A DNA stretch of 64,000 bases from Candidatus Latescibacterota bacterium (GCA_965204375.1 OZ241986.1:2464001-2528000), one strand, 5' to 3'; shown: positions 40,652 through 50,960, numbered from the stretch's first letter. Translations and numbers: made by a program. Notes: generated from the letters alone by a model not told the origin.

Positions 40652-41635
40652 ATGAATGATATCCCATTCCTGGACAGAAACCGGGCAGATCAGTATTTTT
40701 TAAATACCTTCGAGGTACTCAAAGCCGAAAGCCGCAATCCATCGGTGGTTATGGAGGTATTTCCCAATGCCGATGGCCTTTTATGCGGCATCCGAGAGAT
40801 CCTGGACATTTTGCGCGAGACATTGCCCGAAAATACAGAGATCTGGTCGCTGGATGAAGGATCCGCAATGGCGCGCAAAGAAGTGGTATTGCGCCTTCAC
40901 GCAGATTACTGCGCCATCGGAATTTTTGAAACGGCTTTATTGGGCACGCTCGCGCACGGTAGCGGTTGGGCCACTGCGGCGCGAGCCTGTGTAGAAGCTG
41001 CGGGAGAGATACCCGTGATCAGTTTTGGCGCGCGGCACGTACATCCCGCTGTATCAGACCGCATGGAATACGCCGCATTGATCGGGGGATGTGCTGCCTG
41101 TGCAACACCGGCAGGCGCTGCCCTATCCGACCAAAAGGCATCGGGCACCATGCCACATGCTCTGATGTTGATTTACGGCGATACAGTAGCTGCTGCCCGG
41201 GCTTTTGATACCCACATGCCCGATTCTGTGCGGCGCATTGTACTGGTAGATACCTTTCGAGACGAAGCCGAAGAAAGCGTGCGCGTCGCGCGTGCAATGG
41301 CCGGACGATTGTGGGGAGTCCGCCTGGATACACCCTCAGAGTTAGGTGGGGTTACACCCGATCTGGTCTGGCGCGTACGCAGAGCATTGGATAGCGTGGG
41401 CTTTGACCAGGTGGGGATTTTTGTAAGTGGCGGGTTAACGCCCGAGCGGATTTCAGAATTTGTGCGGTTGAAGTGTCCGATTGCCGGTTTTGGCGTGGGC
41501 AGTGCAATCAGCGGTGCATCCCCGATTGATTTTACGGCAGATATTAAGCAAATCGATGGCAAACCCATCGCCAAACGCGGTCGCAAAGCGGGTATTCAGG
41601 ACAATCCTCGGCTTAAAAAAAGAAGTAGTGGTTAG
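40652..41635 (+). CDS. pncB: Nicotinate phosphoribosyltransferase (short, archaeal-like type)
   Basis: SFGARHVHP, GTMPHAL, LVDTF, GVRLDTPS, SGG, FGVGS, AKRG. Confidence 0.85.
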   Translation: MNDIPFLDRNRADQYFLNTFEVLKAESRNPSVVMEVFPNADGLLCGIREILDILRETLPENTEIWSLDEGSAMARKEVVLRLHADYCAIGIFETALLGTLAHGSGWATAARACVEAAGEIPVISFGARHVHPAVSDRMEYAALIGGCAACATPAGAALSDQKASGTMPHALMLIYGDTVAAARAFDTHMPDSVRRIVLVDTFRDEAEESVRVARAMAGRLWGVRLDTPSELGGVTPDLVWRVRRALDSVGFDQVGIFVSGGLTPERISEFVRLKCPIAGFGVGSAISGASPIDFTADIKQIDGKPIAKRGRKAGIQDNPRLKKRSSG

Positions 41636-41667
41636 TGTTAGTGGTGTCCATCTATGTGGAGTGGAAA

Positions 41668-41913
41668 TTGAATATCAAAGTACTCTTTTTTGCATCTTGT
41701 CGCGACTTGATTGGCACTGGTGAGCGGGCAATGACACTACCAGACGGCGCGACAGTAACGGATTTGATATCAAAGCTCGCAATGGAACAGGCGCGATTTA
41801 CAGACATGGCACCGAGTTTGATGGTATCGGTCAATCAGGCGTATGTAGAACGGGATGTGGAACTTCAAGACGGCGATGAGGTGGCATTCATTCCGCCTGT
41901 GAGTGGTGGATAG
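41668..41913 (+). CDS. moaD: Molybdopterin synthase sulfur carrier
   Basis: IKVLFFA...DGDEVAFIPPVSGG; exact start uncertain. Confidence 0.9.
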   Translation: MNIKVLFFASCRDLIGTGERAMTLPDGATVTDLISKLAMEQARFTDMAPSLMVSVNQAYVERDVELQDGDEVAFIPPVSGG

Positions 41914-41946
41914 GGGCCTACCCATTCGCCTTTAGAGGAAATTATT

Positions 41947-42390
41947 ATGGCTGGCGATGTGTATAAAATTCAGGACAAAGAGATAAAACCAGACGCGTTG
42001 TACAATGCCGTACTGGCAGACTCGGACGGTGCTGTTACCACATTTGCGGGCGTGGTGCGAGACAATACAAAAGGGCGCGGAACCTCCTACCTGGTCTATG
42101 ATGCGTATAGAGATATGGCAGAAAAGAAAATGCGGGAAATTGGAGATGAGGTAAAAGAAAAGTGGGAGATAGATTGCGTGGGAATATTGCACCGCGTGGG
42201 ACGGTTGGAAATTGGGGAAATCAGCGTGCTAATCGCGATTTCTTCCCCACATCGCAAAGCGTCTTTGGAAGCGTGTCACTACGCGATTGATCGGTTAAAA
42301 CAGACCGTGCCGATCTGGAAAAAAGAAGTGTGGACAGACGGGGGTGAAGCCTGGATCGAGGGCGACCCATCTGCCCTGGCCTCGCGCTGA
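41947..42390 (+). CDS. moaE: Molybdopterin synthase catalytic subunit
   Basis: GAVTTFAGVVR, HRVGRL, SSPHR, VPIWKKE. Confidence 0.95.
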   Translation: MAGDVYKIQDKEIKPDALYNAVLADSDGAVTTFAGVVRDNTKGRGTSYLVYDAYRDMAEKKMREIGDEVKEKWEIDCVGILHRVGRLEIGEISVLIAISSPHRKASLEACHYAIDRLKQTVPIWKKEVWTDGGEAWIEGDPSALASR

Positions 42391-42407
42391 GGAAAGGAGT
42401 TCGTTCC

Positions 42408-43778
42408 GTGGACCAAATCACAGTGAAGAACTTCCGATGTTTCCGGGAAAAACAAACCGTCTGCCTGGCACCGCTGACCTTGCTCGTAGGCGAGAACAGT
42501 ACAGGTAAGACTTCTTTTTTGGCCTTAATTCGGGCACTGTGGGATGTCGCGTATTGGCAACGTACCCCGGATTTCAAAGAAGAACCTTATGACCTCGGTA
42601 GCTTCGATGAAATCGCCCACCATCGAGGTGCAAGAGGTGGGCAATCAGATACCTTTGAGGCCGAGTTTCAATCTACAGAAGATGGCTCTTATCGCTTTAA
42701 GGTGACTTTCGCGCGAAACGGAACTGTGCCGATTCCGGTGAGAAGACGCATCGCCGCCAAGAGTGTCTGGATCGAAGATCGTCTCGAAAAGGACCAGACT
42801 TGTCAACTCAGATTTGGGACCCCAAAGGGTGCGTGGCAGCGGCAGTTCCCCGCTTACCCCAGCCCTCGGTTGGATGCAGATCAGGACATACTGCCCCCCT
42901 TTTTCTGGTTTATGAGCATTCTACAGCGTGAGGTTGAAAGCCGAGCAAGCAGATCGCTAACCGCAATGAAAGGCCCTAAGACGCCTACCGACAAAGATTG
43001 GGAACAGATAGAAAAACTTGTTAGTACCCATGAAACAAAAGCCTTTAGTTATCACGAAAAGCGACCCTACGCCAGCGCACCTGTTCGATCCAAACCGCGA
43101 CGGACCTACGACCCTGCGCGTCCAACGCGAGATCCTGAAGGTGATTACATACCTATGTATCTCGCCAATGCGTATTTCCAGAATAAGAGACAATGGAACG
43201 TCCTTAAAGATGCACTCGAAAAGTTTGGGAAAGCGTCCGGCCTTTTCGATGAAATCTCAGTCAAGCCGTTGGGTAAAAAAGATAGTGAACCTTTTCAGGT
43301 GCAAATCAGGAAATTTGGGAAACGGGCAAAGGGGCCGCAGCGCAACTTGATTGATGTCGGCTACGGCGTCAGCCAGGTGCTACCTGTCATAACCGAATTG
43401 CTGCGCCGAGACCTGCGAAGGGATGAAGGGACGAAATCATTACGGCCCATATTTTTGCTACAGCAACCGGAAGTACATCTCCACCCCAGTGCCCAGGCTG
43501 CTTTGGGAAGTTTGTTTTGCCAGATTGCCGGATCAGATCGACAGTTGGTGGTTGAAACGCACAGCGATCACTTGCTCAACAGAGTGCGTATGGATGTCCG
43601 CGACGGTACGACAAACTTAAGCCCCGAGGATGTTTCCATTTTATTTTTTGAGCGCGGCGACCTTGATGTTCGAATTCACTCGCTGAGAATTGACGGAGAG
43701 GGAAATATTGTTGGTGCCCCCGAAGGTTATCGAAAATTCTTTATGGAAGAGACAGCGAGGTCTCTTTGGAAACGATAG
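42408..43778 (+). CDS. ABC-type ATPase (AAA_15/AAA_21, DUF3696-like C-terminus)
   Basis: KNFRCF, GENSTGKT (Walker A), DVGYGVSQVLP, LLQQPEVHLHP, VETHSDHL. Confidence 0.85.
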   Translation: MDQITVKNFRCFREKQTVCLAPLTLLVGENSTGKTSFLALIRALWDVAYWQRTPDFKEEPYDLGSFDEIAHHRGARGGQSDTFEAEFQSTEDGSYRFKVTFARNGTVPIPVRRRIAAKSVWIEDRLEKDQTCQLRFGTPKGAWQRQFPAYPSPRLDADQDILPPFFWFMSILQREVESRASRSLTAMKGPKTPTDKDWEQIEKLVSTHETKAFSYHEKRPYASAPVRSKPRRTYDPARPTRDPEGDYIPMYLANAYFQNKRQWNVLKDALEKFGKASGLFDEISVKPLGKKDSEPFQVQIRKFGKRAKGPQRNLIDVGYGVSQVLPVITELLRRDLRRDEGTKSLRPIFLLQQPEVHLHPSAQAALGSLFCQIAGSDRQLVVETHSDHLLNRVRMDVRDGTTNLSPEDVSILFFERGDLDVRIHSLRIDGEGNIVGAPEGYRKFFMEETARSLWKR

Positions 43779-43799
43779 GAACCTTTGGGGAACCGAGGA

Positions 43800-44273
43800 A
43801 TGTGTGCAATTATTGATGCAAATGTCGCGGCTGAAGTGTTTGGCCCTCATACAGGGCAAGCAGGAGAGAAGTTTTTTGATTGGATTAACACGGGAAGGGG
43901 ACGCCTTGTGGTCGGTGGCAAGTTGCTTGAGGAACTCGAGGCGAGTTCGCGAGGTTTCAGAGAGTGGGCACAGGAGGCGATCCTTGCAGGACGGATAATG
44001 CGCTGCAATAATAATGCGGTGACCGAAAAAACGGAAAAACTCCAAAGCGCGAACTCGTGCCGATCTAATGATGCACATATCATTGCCTTAGCCCAGGTCA
44101 GCGGAGCGCGTTTATTATATTCCAACGATGCTGATTTACAGCGGGATTTCAAGGACAAAAACTTGATCGACAGCCCTCGCGGGAAAGTCTATTCGACGCT
44201 TTCCAACGAAAAATTCCAAGATAGTCATAGACGGCTGCTCGGCAATCGCAGTCTATGCAGAAGTGGACAATAG
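43800..44273 (+). CDS. PIN-domain protein
   Basis: IIDAN, LLEEL, SNDAHIIALA, LYSNDADL give the acidic PIN pattern. Confidence 0.7.
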   Translation: MCAIIDANVAAEVFGPHTGQAGEKFFDWINTGRGRLVVGGKLLEELEASSRGFREWAQEAILAGRIMRCNNNAVTEKTEKLQSANSCRSNDAHIIALAQVSGARLLYSNDADLQRDFKDKNLIDSPRGKVYSTLSNEKFQDSHRRLLGNRSLCRSGQ

Positions 44274-44345
44274 GTCTGGTGTCTCAAGGAAGGATTTCCG
44301 CAATGACGTCGGGATGAAAGTAGCGGGCATGAAAAAAGAAAAGCG

Positions 44346-44380
44346 AACCGCAGGACACTCTAAGTCCTGCGGTTTTTTTT
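44346..44380 (+). terminator. Strong hairpin terminator, possibly bidirectional
   Basis: AACCGCAGGAC-actctaa-GTCCTGCGGTT followed by a T run; A-rich on the other side. Confidence 0.8.
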
Positions 44381-44428
44381 ATATTACTTGCAATGCGGTG
44401 TGAAAAAGGCGGTTCATCACTGAATTTT

Positions 44429-44533
44429 TCAATCAGATTTGTGTTCCGAAGAAATAACGATAAAACCAATGACGAACAGAGTCACTATAAACGTCATAAA
44501 CAGAATCATTCCAATGGGCAGCATGCCAACCAT
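44429..44533 (-). CDS. Small single-TM protein, 34 aa (MVGMLPIGMILFMTFIVTLFVIGFIVISSEHKSD)
   Basis: AAAAGGAG RBS 7 nt before ATG; hydrophobic helix; lies between the NhaC gene and the terminator. Confidence 0.55.
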   Translation of the reverse strand: MVGMLPIGMILFMTFIVTLFVIGFIVISSEHKSD

Positions 44534-44574
44534 TGTGTGTCTCCTTTTGGCTTAATGAATTGTAAAAAATTCTA

Positions 44575-46299
44575 TTACGCGGTGAAGAAAGCGACGACGG
44601 TCCAGCAGATAGCGGCGAGGCCGGCAGCGATAGAAGCTTGTGGGATTTGCGTTTTGACGTGATCCATCAGGTCGCAACCTGTACACATAGAACTCAGAAC
44701 CGTAGTATCTGAAATAGGCGAGCACTGATCGCCGTAAACGCTACCATCTATAACAGCGGCAAAACACAGCGTCATAAAAAGTTCGGGATGTGACAGGCCA
44801 TTTGCCGTTGCGACCGCCCAGGCCAGTGGCATAGCCAGTGGGAAAGCAACCGCATACGTGCCCCAACTCGTACCTGTGGAAAAGGCAATCGCCATCGTGA
44901 GAAGTTGGAGCAAAACCGGCAAAATAAAATATGGAATGGTATCCCCGAGTTGCTCAACCAGAAAGATGCCCCCGCCCGTTTCCTTGCTGATGCCCCCTAT
45001 AGTAATGGCGAGCAAGAGAATAACTGAGCCGAGCACCACACCTTTGAGACCATCGTGAAAACCCGCGACAATATCTTTCAACGACATGCCCTTGGCGAGA
45101 GCCATCCCCACAGCTAAGAGAAGCGCGATGCCAAAAGCCCATTGCACATTGGGGGATCCGCTGACAATAAAAGTCCCGATAGCAACGCCTATAAGCGCGC
45201 CCAGAGGCAGGAAAAATTCGAGGACATGCGGCGTGTAGCCTTCGGGCACATTGCTTCCCTGCAATTCTTTGGCACTCAAAGGATCGGCATCGTCGGCGTC
45301 GAGTTGGCCCGTCTCCCGAGAGCGCTGCATAGCCTCCTTGAGTTGCTTGCCCAAAAAGAGGGGTTTTTCAATACTGAGCAAGAACGTACCCAACACGGCA
45401 AAAATCGCGTAAAAGCAGAACGGAACACTTTTAAAGAAGAAGAGAAGACGATCGGCTTCGGTAGCTAAAAAACTGACGCCAGCGACAAAGATAAAAGCTT
45501 GAACATAGCCGGGCCAGGCATTAAAAGCGAGTTGTGAGGCAATCGGTGAAGCGGTCGAATCGACGATGTACGCAAGTTCTTCGTGGCTGATTTTTTCCTC
45601 GTCGGCAATGGGTTTGACAGTCGTACCGACCAGCACCGTACTGACAGTGCCGCCCTGAAAGAAGATGACACCGAGCATCCAGGCAACGAGCTTGGCACTC
45701 TTGGGACCGCGCACAAAACGCACAGTCATAAACTCGGCAAAAGCTTGCGCCGCCCCCGTGCGAGACCATATCCCCATAAGCCCACCCAGGAGCCACAAAT
45801 AGAGCAATAAGATACTCGCGGCACTTGTCGTCGATAATGAGGGAATTAAGACCTCGCCCGTAAAGTCATAGCGGGTCAAAATAAGCGCGCCAGAGACAAT
45901 ACCGCCCAAAAGAGCTGTGACGGGTTCTTTGGTAATCCAGCACAAGAGCACGGCCACCACCGCGGGCAGCAATGACCAGTAGCCCCAGTGGTGTTTTGCG
46001 AGAAGTTGATAATATTTCGTTTCTCCATCCTCTACTGATGAGACAAATTCTTCTTTAATGGGAGGCGTTTCGCTGGAGCCGTGTATTCTCGAGGGATTGA
46101 GTTGGGCTTGTTCAAGCGGCACCGCATCGAAATAGGCGGGTTTGCCTCTGTAGGTGTAATACAGATTGCCGCTGTCGTCTGTGAGCGCGTGTAAGGTGAT
46201 CTTTTCAACAGTCCATGTGGGCGGCACAGTTGACCCCACAATCCACGATACAATTATGGCGACGACAAAAATGACAAAATTGCGAATACCTGTAGGCAT
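44575..46299 (-). CDS. Na+/H+ antiporter NhaC family protein
   Basis: [38 protein letters not shown]; GGAGG RBS before ATG 46299. Confidence 0.88.
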   Translation of the reverse strand: MPTGIRNFVIFVVAIIVSWIVGSTVPPTWTVEKITLHALTDDSGNLYYTYRGKPAYFDAVPLEQAQLNPSRIHGSSETPPIKEEFVSSVEDGETKYYQLLAKHHWGYWSLLPAVVAVLLCWITKEPVTALLGGIVSGALILTRYDFTGEVLIPSLSTTSAASILLLYLWLLGGLMGIWSRTGAAQAFAEFMTVRFVRGPKSAKLVAWMLGVIFFQGGTVSTVLVGTTVKPIADEEKISHEELAYIVDSTASPIASQLAFNAWPGYVQAFIFVAGVSFLATEADRLLFFFKSVPFCFYAIFAVLGTFLLSIEKPLFLGKQLKEAMQRSRETGQLDADDADPLSAKELQGSNVPEGYTPHVLEFFLPLGALIGVAIGTFIVSGSPNVQWAFGIALLLAVGMALAKGMSLKDIVAGFHDGLKGVVLGSVILLLAITIGGISKETGGGIFLVEQLGDTIPYFILPVLLQLLTMAIAFSTGTSWGTYAVAFPLAMPLAWAVATANGLSHPELFMTLCFAAVIDGSVYGDQCSPISDTTVLSSMCTGCDLMDHVKTQIPQASIAAGLAAICWTVVAFFTA

Positions 46300-46348
46300 A
46301 TACTTCCTCCAGAATGTGGGTGTAAAAAACGCGGCGAGAAGACGCACC

Positions 46349-46449
46349 AAAATAAGGCGGTAAAATGCACTTGTCAATTGCTTTGGCGCGGGATGAACAT
46401 GGAAAAATGGGATAAAACAAGTTGACTTTGTGCATAAGTTTGTTACATT
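46349..46449. promoter_or_regulatory. Divergent sigma70-like promoters
   Basis: Minus strand TTGACA-17-TATTTT (46377-46349); plus strand TTGACT-16-TACATT with extended TG (46422-46449). Confidence 0.45.
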
Positions 46450-46552
46450 ATCTTCAAATTTATCTCTTGGCCATGATCACTCCTATTTATGGCCGAAAGG
46501 GTTGTGTGCATGGCGAGATTTTTTTAACGACGCCGGTGGAGAGGAGGGTTTT

Positions 46553-46744
46553 ATGGAGCAAGCGTTTCCACAGTGTTTGAAGTGCAACACGGGTATTTTG
46601 CTACCGCTGTCGGATTATGGGCGCGATGGGGCATCTATCATGTACAAAGCATGGGTATGCAACAATCCCAACTGCGGATTTAATTTGCGGATTGACAACG
46701 GTGAAATTAGCACGGGCCGAGATATTACCGAGTCCTACAAGTAG
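46553..46744 (+). CDS. Small Zn-ribbon-like protein (63 aa)
   Basis: GAGGAGG RBS; CLKC...CNNPNC; own promoter and terminator. Confidence 0.7.
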   Translation: MEQAFPQCLKCNTGILLPLSDYGRDGASIMYKAWVCNNPNCGFNLRIDNGEISTGRDITESYK

Positions 46745-46749
46745 AGCTG

Positions 46750-46790
46750 CCATTTCGGTGGGGAATACCTCGCCGAAATGGTTGTTTTTC
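46750..46790 (+). terminator. Intrinsic terminator
   Basis: CCATTTCGGTGGGG-aata-CCTCGCCGAAATGG then TTGTTTTT. Confidence 0.7.
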
Positions 46791-46904
46791 CCCTTACCGG
46801 TTTGCCGTTTCACCTTCTCCAAAAAGGGCGGCACCGGTTTCTTTCTTTTTCCCCTTCGTATGCCGATATACTCCCCTTAATTTCCCAACAACTGATACAT
46901 ACTT

Positions 46905-47954
46905 ATGAGTATTTCTGATCGGCCCATTTTAGGTATTGAAACATCCTGCGACGAAACTGCCGCTGCCGTGGTAGCTGATGGGCATATCTATTCCAACGCG
47001 ATTTTTTCCCAAACAGAACACAGTCTCTACGGCGGCGTGGTACCCGAACTGGCATCTCGCAACCACATACGAACACTCCTGCCCGTCGTCGATCAGGCAC
47101 TTTCAGAAGCCGACCTGAAACTGGACGATCTATGTGGTATCGCTGTAACACAGGGACCCGGCCTGGTCGGCTCCCTGCTGGTGGGCATTTCCGTGAGCAA
47201 AGGGCTTGCACTGGGTTCTGGGCTGCCCCTTGTGGGTGTGCATCACATTGAAGGCCATTTATTTGCAGGCAGTATGGCGCATCCCGACCTGGTGCCACCT
47301 TTTATGGCACTCGTGGCTTCAGGAGGGCACACGGAATTGATTTATGTCTGTGCATGGGGCAATTACGAGCGCTGGGGACGTACGCGCGACGATGCCGCAG
47401 GTGAAGCATTTGATAAAGTGGCTAAAATACTGGGGCTATTGCGCGAAGGCGAGGTCACCATGGGCGGACCGCGCATTTCAATGCTCGCCGAAGAGGGAAA
47501 CCCCAATGCGTTTGATTTTCCGCGTGCATTGATCAACGATCCGGGATTTGATTTTAGTTTTAGTGGGCTAAAAACCTCTGTACTCTATCGGATTCGCGAT
47601 TTCCCTGTGGAGGATATTGAAGCTATTCGAGCGAATATTGCGGCGAGTTTTCAGGCGGCTGTGGTCGATGTGCTCGTGGATAAGACACTCAAAGCGGCAC
47701 GGGAAGTAGGTGCAGAGCGAGTATTGCTTTCGGGTGGTGTAGCCGCCAATCGCGCGCTACGGGCACAACTCGCCGACGGGGCGTCCAAACTCGGGATGGA
47801 TGTGTTTTATCCGCCCACGCTCTTGTGCACGGACAATGCGGCGATGATTGCCGGCGCGGGTGCTTTTCGATTGGCGCGAGGTGAAGTTGCCGGAGGCAAT
47901 TTGAATGCGGCCCCACGGTTGCCGCTGCCTGGACTGCGCGAGCGGCAGGTATAA
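46905..47954 (+). CDS. tsaD: tRNA threonylcarbamoyltransferase
   Basis: GIETSCDET, GGVVPELASR, HHIEGH, DDAAGEAFDK, FSFSGLKT, CTDNAAMI. Confidence 0.97.
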   Translation: MSISDRPILGIETSCDETAAAVVADGHIYSNAIFSQTEHSLYGGVVPELASRNHIRTLLPVVDQALSEADLKLDDLCGIAVTQGPGLVGSLLVGISVSKGLALGSGLPLVGVHHIEGHLFAGSMAHPDLVPPFMALVASGGHTELIYVCAWGNYERWGRTRDDAAGEAFDKVAKILGLLREGEVTMGGPRISMLAEEGNPNAFDFPRALINDPGFDFSFSGLKTSVLYRIRDFPVEDIEAIRANIAASFQAAVVDVLVDKTLKAAREVGAERVLLSGGVAANRALRAQLADGASKLGMDVFYPPTLLCTDNAAMIAGAGAFRLARGEVAGGNLNAAPRLPLPGLRERQV

Positions 47955-47956
47955 CA

Positions 47957-50101
47957 ATGCTGCGCGATATTGGATTTTCCACCTCAGATGGGTGGCTGTT
48001 ATTAATCGTTGGCTGCGCCGGAATTTATCTCGCTTTTCTAATGTATCGCTCGCGCCTTAAGGGCACACAGCGATTGTTGTTGGGTGTGCGCGTCGCGGCA
48101 CTTGTTTTGCTAATTGGCCTTTTGATGGAGCCGATTCTCGCATTGACATTGCATACGCAGCGTTTGCCCCTAGTCGCCCTGCTCATCGACGACAGCGAAA
48201 GCATGAAAATAGCAGATGGGGATACCGCGCGTTTTGAAGTTGTAAAAGCCGTGCTGGCCGATCACTCACTCAAAAATTTGCGCGATCGTGCACGAGTGAC
48301 GCAGTTTCGGTTTTCCGATGTTTTGACGCACATGCGCGAGGAAGAAGAACTTACATGGGCGGGGCGAGCGAGCGACCTGGCAGGTGCATTAGATGCGTTG
48401 CGCGAGCAAACAATGGGTGAAGGGCTTGCCGCCGTGGTGCTCATTTCAGATGGCGGACAAAATTTGGGTGGGAGCCCCGAGCGGGCAGCGGTTGATCTGG
48501 GCGCGCCAGTAATCGCTGTGGGAACAGGTGACCCGGTCGTACCTAAAGATGTATCCATAGTATCGGCGGTTATCGATCCTCTGGGCTATGTGGGCAGGTC
48601 GCTGGTGATGCAAGTGCGCGTACTTTCTTCTGGATTTGAACGAGTGCGCGAGCGGGTGCGCGTACTCCTGGATGATCGGGAAGTGAGTGCCCAAACCATT
48701 GCGCTAACCGATGGTGAGCAGGCCCTTGAATTTGAGATTCGGCCCGAGCGATCCGGACGGCATGCATTTTCGGTACAAATTGCGGCACAAGCAGACGAGC
48801 GTACGGTGGGCAACAACCGCGTAGTGGTCTCGACAGATGTGCTCGAAAGCCGCGTGCGCATTTTAATACTTGCAGGCAGCCCAGGTGCCGATTTGGGTTA
48901 TTTGCGACGCGTGCTACAAAAAGATGCCAATCTGGAAGTTGAGGTGCTGGTACGCACATCAATGGCCGGGTGGCAAAGAGATGTGCAGCGCGCACTGCGC
49001 ACATTGGACGAGCGCGATATAGTCGCGTTGATCAACGCACCCTACGAAGTGCTTGCAGGTGTACCAGAGCAGGCAATTGTCGCCTTTGTGCAAAAAGGCG
49101 GGGGGCTGTTGGCTCTGGGAGGTGATGCAGCTTTTGATAACGGTTACGCGCACTCGGCATTGGCCGATGTTTTGCCAGTGCAGATTTTGAGGTCGTCAGA
49201 CACATTTCAAGAACGCGCTTTTGCCCTTTTGTTTCCCGATTCTCGCCACCCCATTTTGCGCGTATCAGACGATCCATTGAGCGACCGCGACGCCTGGGAA
49301 GTATTGCCGCCACTTCTATCTTATAATCGCGTAGGGACTGCTGTTTCTAACGCAACTGTGTTGGCACATCATCCCACAGAGCGCGTTGATGGCAAACCGA
49401 TGCCAGTGCTGGCAATTCGCCGCGTGGGCGCGGGAAAAACCGCGATTATAGCCTATCAAACATTTTGGCGTCACGGACTGATGATGTGGGGCGATGGCAA
49501 GACCGATGCCGTGGCACGCGCATTTTGGAAAAATATGGTGCGTTGGCTGGTCACGCGCGACGAGATGTCCCGCATAAAAATCATGACCGAAAAACCCGCG
49601 TATCGAAGCGGCGAAGCGGTCGCGGTGCATGCAAGCGTTTTTGACCACCTGTTGCAACCGCGTTCTGGCGCACGAGTTCTGGCGCAAGTCGGCGACAGTT
49701 TGGGTGTGCGAGAAGTTGTTTTGCGCGATTTGGGCGGTGGACGGTATGCTGGCAATTTGGGGCGTTTCCCACAAGGCGATTACGAGCTTCAGGTGCAGGC
49801 ACGGGCCAATGATGGGGACCTGGGCACGGGCGCGGGTCGTTTTACTGTGGGAAGATACAGCCTGGAATACGAAACCGTGCGCCTGCGCGCCGAACTGCTC
49901 GGCGATATTGCCACGCGCAGTGGTGGGCAATATGTGAGACCTGGTGATCTGAAAGCCGTACTCGATTCGCTTGTGTTGGCTCCTGAACCTGTTGTCGCCC
50001 ACCACCGGGTCAGATTGTGGGGGCATGAATGGCCGCTTTTTTTCCTGGTGGGGTTGCTGGTATTAGAATGGACGGTTCGACGAAGATTGGGGATGTTATA
50101 A
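47957..50101 (+). CDS. Membrane-anchored VWA / glutamine-amidotransferase-like domain protein
   Basis: N-terminal TMs, DDSESM MIDAS-like motif, ISDG, FVQKGGGLL, C-terminal LEWTVRRRLG. Confidence 0.7.
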   Translation: MLRDIGFSTSDGWLLLIVGCAGIYLAFLMYRSRLKGTQRLLLGVRVAALVLLIGLLMEPILALTLHTQRLPLVALLIDDSESMKIADGDTARFEVVKAVLADHSLKNLRDRARVTQFRFSDVLTHMREEEELTWAGRASDLAGALDALREQTMGEGLAAVVLISDGGQNLGGSPERAAVDLGAPVIAVGTGDPVVPKDVSIVSAVIDPLGYVGRSLVMQVRVLSSGFERVRERVRVLLDDREVSAQTIALTDGEQALEFEIRPERSGRHAFSVQIAAQADERTVGNNRVVVSTDVLESRVRILILAGSPGADLGYLRRVLQKDANLEVEVLVRTSMAGWQRDVQRALRTLDERDIVALINAPYEVLAGVPEQAIVAFVQKGGGLLALGGDAAFDNGYAHSALADVLPVQILRSSDTFQERAFALLFPDSRHPILRVSDDPLSDRDAWEVLPPLLSYNRVGTAVSNATVLAHHPTERVDGKPMPVLAIRRVGAGKTAIIAYQTFWRHGLMMWGDGKTDAVARAFWKNMVRWLVTRDEMSRIKIMTEKPAYRSGEAVAVHASVFDHLLQPRSGARVLAQVGDSLGVREVVLRDLGGGRYAGNLGRFPQGDYELQVQARANDGDLGTGAGRFTVGRYSLEYETVRLRAELLGDIATRSGGQYVRPGDLKAVLDSLVLAPEPVVAHHRVRLWGHEWPLFFLVGLLVLEWTVRRRLGML

Positions 50102-50102
50102 T

Positions 50103-50960
50103 ATGGATAGAATACAGAATTTAAAAAACAAAATGTATTCAGTAATCAGTGCGCTGTTTTGTTGCACGATCTTGCTGACTATAAAGGCCTCTGCACAAGT
50201 GGTGATCAACGAGGTGATGGCGCGACCCGCCGATGGGCCCGAGTGGGTTGAACTGTACAACCGTTCGCCAGACGCGGTTCACCTATCGGGGTGGACGTTA
50301 TCCGATTTGCGGACAACGGGACAATTTGAAGCAGGTGCGGTCATTGATGGTGGAGGATATGTGATCGTCACACAAGATGCAAATGCTATTGGCCTGCAAT
50401 ATCCTGGCCTCGATGTTCCCATCTTGTCGCTTACCCGCTGGCCCCGACTGAACAATGGGGGCGATGGTCTCATTTTGCGCGATGCGACGGCAACGCTTGT
50501 CGATAGCATCTTTTATCCAGCACAAGCGACTGCCATAAGTCTGGAACGCATTGATCTCACTGTAGTGGGAGATCAAAACAACTGGCTCGACAGCCAGGAT
50601 CCGCAGGGTGCGACCCCTGGAACTGCAAATAGCGTTCGATTTAACAATGACGTATCAGAGTTATCTGTGGTGATTGAACCCAATCCCTTTGTCGATCAAG
50701 TCGCCATTACATATCGGGTGCCCTCCCCCAGACTCCACGCAAATTTGTGGGTGTTTGATCGCACGGGCAGACGCGTGGCATCCTTACTCAAAAGTATTGA
50801 AAGTGGCAGTCAGCGCGTTGTAAATTGGGATGGGAGCAACGATAATGGACAAATTTTGAAGCCCGGTATTTATGTTATCTACCTGGAAGTCAGCACACCA
50901 GAAGGCGAATTATTCCGCGCCCGAAAACCTGTGGTGCTGGCAAAAGGTATAAGCGAATAA
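50103..50960 (+). CDS. Secreted lamin-tail domain protein with C-terminal FlgD-Ig domain
   Basis: VVINEVM, EWVELYN, LNNGGD, TPGTANS; PNPF...WDGSNDNG...PGIY. Confidence 0.8.
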   Translation: MDRIQNLKNKMYSVISALFCCTILLTIKASAQVVINEVMARPADGPEWVELYNRSPDAVHLSGWTLSDLRTTGQFEAGAVIDGGGYVIVTQDANAIGLQYPGLDVPILSLTRWPRLNNGGDGLILRDATATLVDSIFYPAQATAISLERIDLTVVGDQNNWLDSQDPQGATPGTANSVRFNNDVSELSVVIEPNPFVDQVAITYRVPSPRLHANLWVFDRTGRRVASLLKSIESGSQRVVNWDGSNDNGQILKPGIYVIYLEVSTPEGELFRARKPVVLAKGISE

